Source: Felis catus | Taxonomy: Eukaryota | Length of the DNA: 64,000 nt | Assembly (NCBI RefSeq): GCF_018350175.1 | Contig: NC_058368.1 | Location: forward strand, 213,592,001 to 213,656,000 | Direction: 5' to 3' | In this document: positions 1 through 11,170 of the stretch, in pieces | Position numbering within the stretch: the stretch's first letter is position 1 | Layout of the letters: each line of letters opens with the position of its first letter | Position numbers and translations under genes: made by a program | The notes under the pieces: generated by a model | Seen by the model: only the letters and a program-made list of their open reading frames with translations | Database searches by the model: none | What the model was told of the DNA's origin: nothing

Positions 1-3000
1 CAGCCTCATGGGCACCTCCACTCTGAGCTCTTGGGAGACCCGATCAGAATTTCTCTGTTCTTTCCGTACATCCTCACGTGGAGGGGGACCGTATTTCTTA
101 TTTCCTTTCTAGCCCTCCTTGGCTATAGGTTTACAAAATTCTCCACATGCCAGGTGTTAAATGCCATAAGCATCCCAATCCTGGATCGAACGCAAACTCA
201 TCTGACTGTGGCCACCAAACTGTTCAACTGGCTGACCCCACCTTCCTTGCCAGCTCCACCTGGTTTCCTCACCAGGTGAGGTTCCTGTGTGTTCCTTCAC
301 AACAGGCTGCTGTGTCCCCACCCTCCCTCAAGTGGTAAAGATGGTCTTCATCAACCTTTGCTCCCAGCCACATGCTTCCCAAGTCTGCAAATACTGCTAC
401 TAAGTTTATAAACAGTTACACACGAGCTGTCCCTATCATGGTGACAATTAGCACCAGGACGTTCAGTAAATACTGACAGATTTTGATAGGAGGCTCACAG
501 CTCTATCCCATTTCACCCTCAAGGAAACTGCCCCATCAATCCTGGAGCTCCCTCCCTTCCTTCGGCATCTGGACACTACGTTTTATCTCTGGCCAAACAA
601 AATGCTCTTGCCCAGGGACAGCCGGGAAACTTGCTTTGGCACTTACAACACCTCGCAGATTACAAGGCCTTCAAAGAGTTGGAAGCAATGAACACCCAGG
701 GGTCCTTGAGAAAAACCACTGAACACATACAGGAGGCCACAGCTTTGCAAAAGTTAACACTCAGATTGGGGCAAGCCCAGTCTAAAAATAGGTGCACCTG
801 AAGGAGGAAGCTGTCAGAAAGTATCAGAAGGCACAGGAATGCCACCACACCTACCTCACAGGGTTTGTTTGCTGGGCTGGGACAGCCGGTGCCCTGGGTT
901 TGTAGTGACACAAAAATGGCACAGGTGTACTCATTCACCTCTTGCTCCAAGGCAATCAGGAACCCAGTGGGAGGAGAAATCAGGCTCAAAGCTGGCTGAG
1001 GGCACACAAAGGTACTCTCCCATTCAATACAACCGCACTTGGAGTGGAGAAGCCAATACTCAGACATGCCAATAGTCTCTGAATGACAGCAGGAAGATGT
1101 GTCCAAGCAGGGCACACATGGCTGCCAACATGGACACCAATGCCCTGTTCTAGAATGAACCATGGAGGAAGGCTTTTTGTAAACACCGTGTACTGCATCT
1201 AGAAAACGTCCAGGGGAAAAAAAAATGAAAAAATTCCAGCATAACCCCCCTCAACTGTTGTTTGCCTACCAAGGATTCAGCCTTCAGATTTTATGAGTAT
1301 TTGCAAACAACAGGAGAAATATGAGCCCCACCACCCCCCCCCAACAGCAGCCCCCCCACATGGATGTTGAGATGACTACAGCCCTTGCCAGATCAGCATC
1401 CAATAAATTCTTCTTAAAAGCAAGAGGCTCTCAATAAAGGGTTTTTGAACAAAGCACTGGTCTGAAGGTTCCCTGTAAAAAGGAAATTTTCCCCACTGAC
1501 AGAGTGAAAACAGGACTGTGCTCAGAGAGGGGCCAAGAGCTCATTAACCTGTCTGCCTACTCCTGGTCCTTTGCTCTACTTTTCCAAAACCTGTCTGAGA
1601 CTAATATTTGTTTCTAAGCAGGCTAAATGTTGAAACAAAATATATTTTTTTAACCCATTAACATATACTTATGCAAGAGCACATTGACAAGACAGTAGAC
1701 ACACACTCACACACGCAGATCAGAGCTCCCTTTCTCTTACACATCCTTCAGCCTTTGGTCTTTGAAACCCTCTGCCCTGTACACACATCAAAAGGCATGC
1801 TCACGAGTCTTCAGAGTGTTTGCAGGCAAACCCAGAAATAACCTTCTCTTCGGAGAGAGCAGGGCTAGTTTGGAGAGTTCACCCACCTCTTGGTAGAAAC
1901 ATCCAGATACAAGGCTCTGATAAGGATGGTCCTCTAAGTGCCCAGAGGATGAGTAGCAATGCATCTAGGAGGCGTGCTGCCTCTGAGGGACCACCACCCA
2001 GCACAGAAGGTCTGTGGCTGGTTAACTGGGTAGTCTGAACGAAATCTGGAGGAGGCCACAGGGCCCCTAGAGAGGATCAACTGTCGTGGGCACAGGCTCA
2101 TCAATTCCTTTGCCAGGGCTTGAGAGCGATAATCTAAGAAAATCTGGACGTTACAAATAAATGGTAATTTTCCTCACTAGAGCACAGGCAATGGGAGAGT
2201 AGGGGACATCTCTTCCCAATGTTCCCTTGCATCACTGCACAGTTCTGGAAACATCTAACACAACTGTTCTGAGAAAGTAAAGGTGTCTCGTGAAGCCGCC
2301 GTAGAGCTTTCAAAACAAACAGGAATTCATGTCTCAAACTTTGCATCTCTCCCTGTGACAACTGGGCACGTTTGCACCATTTAAGGCTTCCTCCGCGTCC
2401 TACATTTTGTTCAACTCAACCTCTGTATATGCTAATCCCCGCCAGCCTTGCTCTAAATATTTTATGCTGTCCCCACCTCCCTTACAAGCACATGTCAGAA
2501 TTACTGAGGCTGCGAGGCTGGGTTCAGGTTTGCTTCATCACCAGCTTTCCATGTCAGCTCTGCACCGGGAGTGGTACCTACACAAGGTGGCCTCGATTTG
2601 AACTGAGCTTTCCAGCTGGAATCAAACCACCTTTGTCCCGCAACCATTGCTTCAGTTTCTTCACTTAAGAGCACAAGATGACAAATGGCACCACATTTCC
2701 TTGGGTTACTCTCATATTTACATCTGTCCTCCAAAAAATTTTCCCAGTTGTGCCCTGAGACATGCATCACCCACTTACAAAATGTGCCTTTTCAAAATGA
2801 GATCCTTGTGTTTTATTCCTAAAATCTTTAGTACGAATCACTGGGAAGGATGGTGGAGATTTTTGCCATCCGTGACTTCAATTTACAAAACTCCCAAATT
2901 TTTAATGTTTTGGAAACTGCATGTGCCACTTGAACTGAGAATTTTCCTAGCTGTTCAATTCTGGGATCACGTGGCCTTGGAGAACTCATCGAGGCCCTCT

Positions 3001-3594
3001 GTGGTTGCGTTGGTGCCGCTAAAAAGTTAGAGATACTGACATTTGTGTCACTGAGAGGCAGGGAGTATGAGTGACATCTGGCTCCAGCTCTCAGCAGTAG
3101 AGAGAATGCTGGGGGTGGGGACGGGGGTGGGGGGGGGGGGAGGACAATGACCCAATTAAAATGCAAATGATTCCTCTGCCTGTTGCTGCTAAATGAACTC
3201 TGAAGGAAAATTAATACATAGACCATGATCCCCTGGCCACATCAAGATTTCAAGATGACCAGAAAAATGCAAACTAACCTAAGACCCTTCCTGATGACTT
3301 TATCTCTGATGTGTAAGCTCTAAACCCTAGTCACGGTGCTGAAGCAAGGTTTGGTTTGTTTTCCCCAGTCACCTTGAGTTCCTTCAACTTCAACCTGTGT
3401 ACTCATTTGATAATGGAAACTACCCATGTAATTTCCAGCAAAGAAAGACAAAACCCACACTGGCAGCACAGAGTGGGGAGGATGGCCTCACACAGTGTGA
3501 CTGTGGTTTCTTTAAAGGACAAGAAGGTTAAAAAACTGTGTGCCACTGTGTCCAGAGTTTGAGCATGTAATTCTTGTAATAACTTTTAGAACCT

Positions 3595-3647
3595 TTTTTT
3601 TAATGTTTCATTTTATTTTTGAGGGAGGGAGGGAGAGAGAGAGATGC

Positions 3648-3706
<59 letters not shown>

Positions 3707-3843
3707 GGGGGGGGGGACACAAAATACGAAGCAGGCTCCAAGCTGTCAGCACAGAGCCCGAGGAGGGGCTCGAACTCACAGACCAAGAGATCATGACCTG
3801 AGCTTAAGTTGGTGGCTCAACCGACCAAGCCACCCAGGAGCCT
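3595..3843 (-). mobile_element. Can-SINE (SINEC_Fc-like) with expanded (GA)n and G run
   Basis: Reverse complement of the tRNA-derived head (…gccacccagg…), the (CT)n region and the A-rich tail. Confidence 0.93.
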
Positions 3844-5189
3844 TCCCCCCTCCTGCCCCTTTTTAAAAATGACTCTTAAGAGTCTTAATGTTTGTTATCT
3901 TTTCCAGCTTTACAGACCACCAGTCAGAAATACCAATTATGTTTGCCTGACGTAGCCCCACTGATAAGAGGGCCATCAGCTAATTCTTGGGTTTTATGTT
4001 CCTTTCACTTCTATACACTATTCTTCCAATCAACATATTACTCTCAAGTCTATTATTTTCAGACCTTGGGCCTCCACTCGGTACTTTTTTCAAAAGCAAT
4101 TGGAAACCTGAAGACTGAAAAGGTATATACAGTGTATTTCTTATAAAGAAGAAAGATGCTAACCCTTTCATCACTTGTTACTTTTGTTATCTTTGTGCTC
4201 AGCCCGTGGGACCCAGCTGATGAAAGCCCTGATTTAAGAGAGGCACTTTGTGGGAATGAAAGGTTCTGCTCCATGCACCCCGCTGTGTGGGCTTCAACCA
4301 GTACGCTGGAGTCTAGAGGAAAGGCTTCTGCTATCAAAATGTAACTTGGGAAAATACCATCACACTGGACGGACCCTCAGGTTAGCCCAACGCTCGGCTG
4401 TACCACCTCGAGCCAGAGCAGCAGAGCAGGGCAGACGGGGCCCGGCACTCAGAGGAGCGTGCGAGTGTCCCTCTGGATCCACGAGGCACCAGGAACTGAG
4501 GACGAGCACTACTCATCTGATCTTGGCGTGCTGCGGCCCAGGCTGGGGCTGGGACCAGGGTGACGTGTCACAGAAGATGTATCTTGGCTCGTCAACCCCC
4601 ATCTAGTGGAAAATCGGATCGCCCTCATTTCCCCTATTCCCTTGCAGCCTGAGTGCAGGCCCAGGAAGCTACTTTCCACCAAGTAGACCTGGATGCACAA
4701 GTGGGCGGCGTTCTCCCACCAAGACCGCAGCCTCGTGGAGGTTAAGCGCTCCTGCAGAGGCGCACGATTCTGGCGCCCTCTCCCTAACATCCTGGGCCGG
4801 GGCGCTGTGGCTTTTCCTGCTAAAACAGTCCCGCCATGCGGTTTGGCTCTTGTCCTGGCTCTGCAACATCCGAGCCTGATGCTGGTCCCTCCCGGAAGTT
4901 CTACGAGCCACCTGCTAACTAACATCCTTTACTGCATCCCTTTCTGCTTAAACTAGCGACAGGAATTTCTGTTGTTTGCAGCCAAAAGCCCTGCTGGGCT
5001 CAGCAAGGCAGAAAGCAGAGGGATGACAGGGAGCAGGGAGGGCAGCGGAAGCCAGCTGGCAGGAGCAGGGCAGTGCCACATGCGCTAAGCCAGGGCTTTT
5101 CCATCCAGTGCTGTGTGCCCAGTGAGGCCACACGGCATCATCCGCAGAGCACAGGCTTCAGTGCTGGCTGGACGCGAGCTATAGTCTCA

Positions 5190-5340
5190 ACATGACTGCC
5201 TAATCTCTGTATTTGCTGGGCAAGTTTCTCATATTCTCGGAGCCTGAGTTCACTCATCTACAAAATGGGAACAATGCTATTTACTTAATAGGGTTGTGGG
5301 GAGAGTAAAACTAGGTAATGTATGTAAACAGCCCAATATA
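5190..5340 (+). mobile_element. MIR fragment
   Basis: MIR core gggcaagtt…ctcatctacaaaatggg…agggttgtg…taatgtatgtaaa. Confidence 0.8.
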
Positions 5341-5764
5341 TAGGGTCTAGGGACCAGGAGTTATACCAGAAATAATACAGCTACCCGCTGCCCACCGCCC
5401 CCTCACCCCCACCTGCTGCCAGCCTTCACTAACTGATTTGGCTTACATGTTAATATAGAGAAATAACATCTATTGTGTCAAAATCTAAGATTATATTTTT
5501 CCCTAAAATTATCCTCAAAAAAGACAAAGAGGTCTTATATTTGAGTCTATAACAGTTATATTGTGAATCTCCCTTTAATTAATTTGGGTGGCAAATTATA
5601 TTTGGAGAAGACACAATGGTCTCAGGTCAACTGATGACATTTTAGATGTTTAGAGAGGTAAGAACTGGTTTAAAATAAAGGGGGAGAATAAATTCAACAA
5701 TGAATTTAACAATTATTCCGGGGGGAAATGACCTCACAACTTAGGTGCTGGATTTCTTTGTAGC

Positions 5765-6005
5765 CGAGTAGCATGGTGGTTAAAAGCATGAACTGTGAGC
5801 GCCATGGCTGGGTTTGAATCCTGGTTCTGCTTTTCGTGAGCTATGTGACTCTGAGCAAGTTTCTTGACCTCTCTAGACCTTGACTCCCACAGTAATATGA
5901 GATAATAAAGGTATCTTTCTCATAGGTTGTTTTGAGGAGTAAGTGAGCATAATACATGTAAACACCTATGACAGTGTTTTTGGCACACAGTAAACGCACG
6001 TAAAT
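5765..6005 (+). mobile_element. MIR, near full length
   Basis: gtagcatggtggttaaaagcatg…gggtttgaatcctggttctgc…gtgactctgagcaagtt…ctcataggttgttttgagga…ggcacacagtaaacgc. Confidence 0.88.
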
Positions 6006-7426
6006 ACAAGATGTTCTCAGTTATAGGATGAAGGCGTAGGAGAACAGTGCCACGGTTACAGGAATGGACTCTTGCAGTCTTGGAAAAAAGGTCCAGTGAC
6101 AGCACTGTATGTGGATATAAAAATTGCTGTCTCTTAAACAGTAAAGATGGAAATGAAGGTGACGGATACACTCTGAAAAATGGACTTATTGGACTTAAAA
6201 TGGGGCTCTGAGTCTGAACAAATTTGCTTTATAAAGTATATGAGTGTGAGAAAGAATATTTGAAATTAATATATCATTTACATTTTAAGTGGGATTTTAA
6301 ATATGTGTGAACCAAATTGATAAAACAGACAGTACAGACACGACTACTTCAGGTACACTGACACATTATTGGTATGCTGAATATTATACGATTAGTGTAC
6401 TAAATATACTATTTCATGTATATTTATGTTGGCCAAAAACCTTTTTGTAGATCTTCTTATGTATGGGGCTTATATTCCATGATATATGGTAAAAGAAAAT
6501 GTTCTTACTCCTTCACCAGCATAGGAAATTCAAACTGATATCAAGAAACATCTTAAACCATATGTCCCTGCTCTCTTAAATTAGTGCTCTTATGACCCCA
6601 TTCCTGGTTTTTTTTTTTTAGATTTCAAACAAAAACAAGCAGCATCAAAGCAAAATAAAATGGAGGGAAATGTAAAATATCTTTATGTGTCTTAAATATA
6701 CATAACATCCAAAATGGATAAAGATGTTCCCCAACTGTATTTATCAGATGCCTTCATTATGCCTTCATTTTCTTGGGGGTGGGGATAAAAAAATCCAATG
6801 AACATAATAAGATTTTCTGCATTCATAAAGCGTGGAACATGATACACAGAAAAGATTATATTTCACGGGGTCTTATCTTTGCTTCACTGGAAATGGAGAG
6901 ATGAATTTAGCCAGATACTCCATAGCATGTAGTTTTAGTGGTTCTTTTGAAGGAGATACACAATAACCTTGAAACGCTTGTCAAACATTTATGATGTTTA
7001 TGACGTATGAAGGAGAATCCAAAGGGTTACAAATGAGGCCACTTAAAGTGCTAAGAGGGGATCATAACTCAACCGCCAACAAAGACAACTATCTATTCTC
7101 ACAAAATAGCCCTTTTATGTTGACCTTGTTTGTCCTCAGTTCTGTTTGAATGTGATTACAAACTCTTGCTAACCAAGCATTCTACCCAGAATTGGTTTCT
7201 ACAGTTCTCAAAAATTTAGACAGAATTAAATACAGTTCTTATTGGGTATCAGACTATCCAAATGTGGAAAAATAAATCCAAACCTTCTGTTCAAGACATT
7301 GTAAACAGCCTCTTAATAGATTTCCCAAATCATTGCTAAAACCAAACTAATTAAGACATCAGTAAGATGAGGCACATTTCACTTGTGTGGAATCTCAGTT
7401 AAAATTATCTCGATTTCCTACTTAGC

Positions 7427-7427
<1 letters not shown>

Positions 7428-7469
<42 letters not shown>

Positions 7470-7486
7470 ACTCTCTCTCTCTCTCT
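7428..7486. repeat. Compound microsatellite (CA)n(CT)n
   Basis: Directly visible. Confidence 0.97.
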
Positions 7487-7657
7487 TAAGAACCAGGAAG
7501 AATCATTAAAGTTAGTCCAATAATTGGAAAGAAAGAAAAAAAAAAAAGATGGACATAAAAGAATGGAGTGATGTATAACCGTACTGAGGAAAGATATTTG
7601 GTAACAATAGTCAAACCTTTCCTACATTTCCAAAACCCGGTAACAAAGGTTACTTCT

Positions 7658-7877
7658 TCTTCTTCTTTTTTTTTTTTTTTTTTAAATGTTCATTTATTTT
7701 TGAGACAGAGTGTGCCAGTTGGAGAGGAGCAGAGAGTGTTAGGGACAGAGGATCCGAAGCAGGCTCCACTCTGACAGCAGCAAGTTTGATGTGGGGCTCA
7801 AACTCACTACCCATGAGATCATGACCCGAGCGGAAGCGGATCAAGTGGATCAACTGACTGAGACACCCAGGCCCCCC
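7658..7877 (-). mobile_element. Can-SINE
   Basis: SINE body in reverse orientation, flanked by a near-identical aacaaaggt(t)tacttct TSD. Confidence 0.92.
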
Positions 7878-8085
7878 AACAACAAAGGTTTACTTCTAGC
7901 AGATGGGCCATTTCCTCCAGGCTCTGACTGGGGAGTTCCAAGCCTTTCAAGTCATCTAAAATGTTGAGAACTGATGCTGCCAAATTCAGAATCATCAGAA
8001 GGCACACAATATTTGAATAACGCTGCTGTTACTCTGGGAAGCTCTCAGCAGGGAGGTGAACTCCCTCTCAAGACGACACATTTCT

Positions 8086-8277
8086 GGGGCGCCTGGGTGG
8101 TTCAGTCGGTTAACTGTCCAACTTCAGCTCAGGTCATGATCTCACCGTTCGTGAGTCTGAGCTCTGCATACGGTTCTGTGCTTACAACTCAGAGCCTGGA
8201 GCCTGCTTCAGATTCTGTGTCTCCTTCTCTCTGCCCACGCACGCTCTCTCTCTCAAACAAACAAACAAACAAACAAA
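8086..8277 (+). mobile_element. Can-SINE (SINEC_Fc)
   Basis: ggggcgcctgggtgg head, (AAAC)n tail, perfect TSD aagacgacacatttct (8070-8085, 8278-8293). Confidence 0.95.
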
Positions 8278-8570
8278 AAGACGACACATTTCTGACCAAG
8301 AAGAATATGCAGAAAACCAGAATGGGGTAATATTTAATGGTGTTTAGGCGTCTGCTGGGTTGGAAAATGCAAACATCTTTCAGTGAGACTCAACTCAACC
8401 CAAAAGTAGGAAAAGACAGGCCAAAACACAGATGAAGATTCCACTACCCAGCTTGGTTAGGAGAGGAAGAAAAGCAGCCCCAGCATCCTTGGGGTTTGGG
8501 TGCAGAACACCTGCAAGGTAGGAGGAAGGTTTGCTCTGCATTCCTTCATCCATTAGTAGAAAAATGGGGA

Positions 8571-8782
8571 GGGGTGCCTGGGTGGCTCAGTTGGTTAGGC
8601 ATCCAACTTCAGCTCAGGTCATGATCTCATGGCTTGTGAGTTTTGTGAGTTCGAGCCCTGCGTTAGGGTCTCTGCTGTCAATGCAGAGCCCACTTCAGAT
8701 CCTCTGTCCCCCTCTCTCTGTCCCTCCCCCTGCTAATTCTCTGTGTCTTTCTCTAAAAACAAAACAAAAAAAAAAAAAAAAA
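8571..8782 (+). mobile_element. Can-SINE
   Basis: ggggtgcctgggtggctcag head, CT-rich region, poly(A). Confidence 0.93.
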
Positions 8783-9447
8783 GGAGGGGGAGGAGTACTC
8801 ATTGGACCTACTCCCTTTGGTAAAGGCAGACTCACTAGTATAATTTTATAGGCTATTTTAAAAGACAAGGAGCAACATTTAGCATGTGCTGCTTTTTTCT
8901 CACCTCAGCTTTATTCAGTGTAATTGTGCCCAGAATTCTTTATCTGTACTTTCTAATAACATTCATCACCTACAGCTTGAGTTATACTCTCTAGGCTCAA
9001 ATTCCTGCATCTTAGCTCATAGGTGACGCTAACAGCAGCATTCGTTGTTTTCTCCAGGAAATATACTGGCATGTTTACAAACACTGGTTCAGTTAAAAGG
9101 CCCTGGGAAGAAAAAATCTATTACATTTTCTGACGTCAGCCATGACCAGCCTTGCCCATAGTAACCACTCAATAAATGTTTAAATGAAGGACTGGAAACT
9201 AAATAAACTTTTCCTGGATTTTTAACAGTTGTGGCTGTTTTCATTATGTTAACCCTGACCAGTCTGTAATTTGTAGAAAGATGTAGCATGGTCCTATTAA
9301 TAATTAAGCTTATAAGAAATGGCATAACTCAATGCTGAATAAATATCGCATGATGAAGATTTATTGGTTATTATTTTGCTGATTTGTTTTATTTGTATTT
9401 TGCCTCACTAAAACAGACACACTAAAACACTGCTTTAAAATATTCAA

Positions 9448-9647
9448 GGGGCACCTGGGTGGCTCAGTAGGTTAAGCATTTGACTCTTTTGGTTTAGGTC
9501 ATGATCTCATAGTTTGTGGGACTGAGCCCCATGTCCGGCTTTCCGCTGACAACATGCAGCCTGTTTGGGATTCTCTCGCTCTCTTTTTCTGCCCCTCTCC
9601 AGCTTGTGTGCATGCACTTCCTCGTTCTCAAAATAAACTTTAAAAAA
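9448..9647 (+). mobile_element. Can-SINE
   Basis: Head, body and tail, with TSD taaaatattcaa (9436-9447, 9648-9659). Confidence 0.93.
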
Positions 9648-9663
9648 TAAAATATTCAAAACT

Positions 9664-9780
9664 GGGGACACCTTTCTGGCTCAGCTGGTAGAGCACACTA
9701 CTCTTGATATCTCAGGATTGAGAGTTCAAGCCTCACATTGGGTGTAAAGCCTACTTTAAAAAAAATAACAAAATATTTTA
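9664..9780 (+). mobile_element. Short, older tRNA-derived carnivore SINE
   Basis: A-box tggctcagctggtagagc, B-box gagttcaagcc, A-rich tail, no CT tract. Confidence 0.8.
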
Positions 9781-9795
9781 AAATGTATATTTTTC

Positions 9796-10012
9796 GGGGC
9801 ACCTGGGTGGCTCAGTCGGTTGAGCGTCCGACTTCAGCTCAGGTCACGATCTCACGGTCCGTGAGTTTGAGCCCCGCATCGGGCTCTGGGCTGATGGCTC
9901 AGAGCCTGGAGCCTGCTTCCGATTCTGTGTCTCCCTCTCTCTGCCCCTTCCCCATTCATGCTCTGTCTCTCTCTGTCTCAAAAATAAATAAACGTTAAAA
10001 AAAATTTTTTTT
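9796..10012 (+). mobile_element. Can-SINE (young SINEC_Fc)
   Basis: CpG-rich near-consensus body; TSD aatgtatatttttc (9782-9795, 10013-10026). Confidence 0.95.
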
Positions 10013-10179
10013 AATGTATATTTTTCACTAATTAGAATGACATTACCTCTCCCAATTATCTTCTTTTCATCCTTAACTTACCTAACACTTTCTGATTTTG
10101 ACTTATGAGTAGTAAGAGTTTGTCTGTATTTTCTGAATACAGTCCCCTTCTCGGTTAATTTGTAAATGTTTTCTCCCAT

Positions 10180-11170
10180 CCTTTTCAGCAAATGGGGCCA
10201 GAACAACTGGAAATTCACAGGAAAAAGGAACGAAGCCAGACCCCCCCCCCCCACACCACATAAATTAACACAAAGTGGATCACAGACCTAAATATAAGAG
10301 CTAAAACTATATATTAAAAACAAATCTAACAACTCAATAATAAGCAGGCAACCCAACTGAAAAATTGGCTTAAGATTTCAACAGACATCCCCTCAGTGAT
10401 CCACAAAGAGACAACAGGCACACAAAAAGATGCTCCACATCATTAGTCATCAGGGAAATGCAAATAAAAACCACAACGTTCACACTGTGAATCATTCAAA
10501 GCATAACTTCACACCCACTACAATGGCTATATTCAAAAAGGCAGATAATACCAAGTGTTGGCGAGGATGTGGAGAAACTGGAGCCATCATGCATTGCTGG
10601 TGGGAATGTAAAATAGTAAAGCCACTTTGGAAAAGTTTAGCAGTTATTAAAAAATATTAAAAATGGAATTATATGACCCAGCAATTCTATTCTGAAGTAT
10701 ATACCCCAGAGAAAACATAGGTCCACACATAAACTTGCTGAGGAACGTTCATAGCACCATTATTCACGTTGGGCAAAGGTGGAAACAACCCAAACATCCA
10801 TCAGTTGATACACTGGACTCGTATTTGGTGATAAAAAGAAATGAAGTACTGACATACCTACAACATGGATGAATCTTGAAAACATTATACTAAGTAAAAG
10901 GAGCCAGTCACAAAAGACCACGTATTGTTTGATTCCATTTACGTGAGACGTCCAGAATAAGAAATTTATAGAGACAGAAACTAGATATGCAGTTGCCAGT
11001 AGCGAGGAGATTGGGGGGAAATGAGGAGTGACTGCTAATTAATCCAGGGTTTCTTTTTGGGTTAAAAAGAATGTTCTAAAATTAGATAGCGATAATGTTT
11101 ACACAACTCTGAATATACTAAAAACCATTTAATCATACATTTTAAATAGGTGAATTGTATGTACGTTTAA
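10180..11170 (+). mobile_element. L1 3' end (ORF2 C-terminus plus 3'UTR; L1MB-like)
   Basis: Recognisable L1 text (caagtgttggcgaggatgtggagaaactgga…gctggtgggaatgtaaaat…tatgacccagcaatt…acaacatggatgaatcttgaaaacattat). ORF 10430-10660 contains KCWRGCGETG…HCWWECKIVKPLWK, the L1 ORF2 C-terminal motif. Confidence 0.95.

Noticed and set aside
9349..9383. C-box (ATGATGA) and D-box (CTGA), suggesting an intronic snoRNA
   Set aside because: Only ~35 nt apart, no terminal stem, and on the strand opposite the inferred host gene.
9664..9780. tRNA-like A and B boxes
   Set aside because: SINE head followed by an A-rich tail; no complete cloverleaf.
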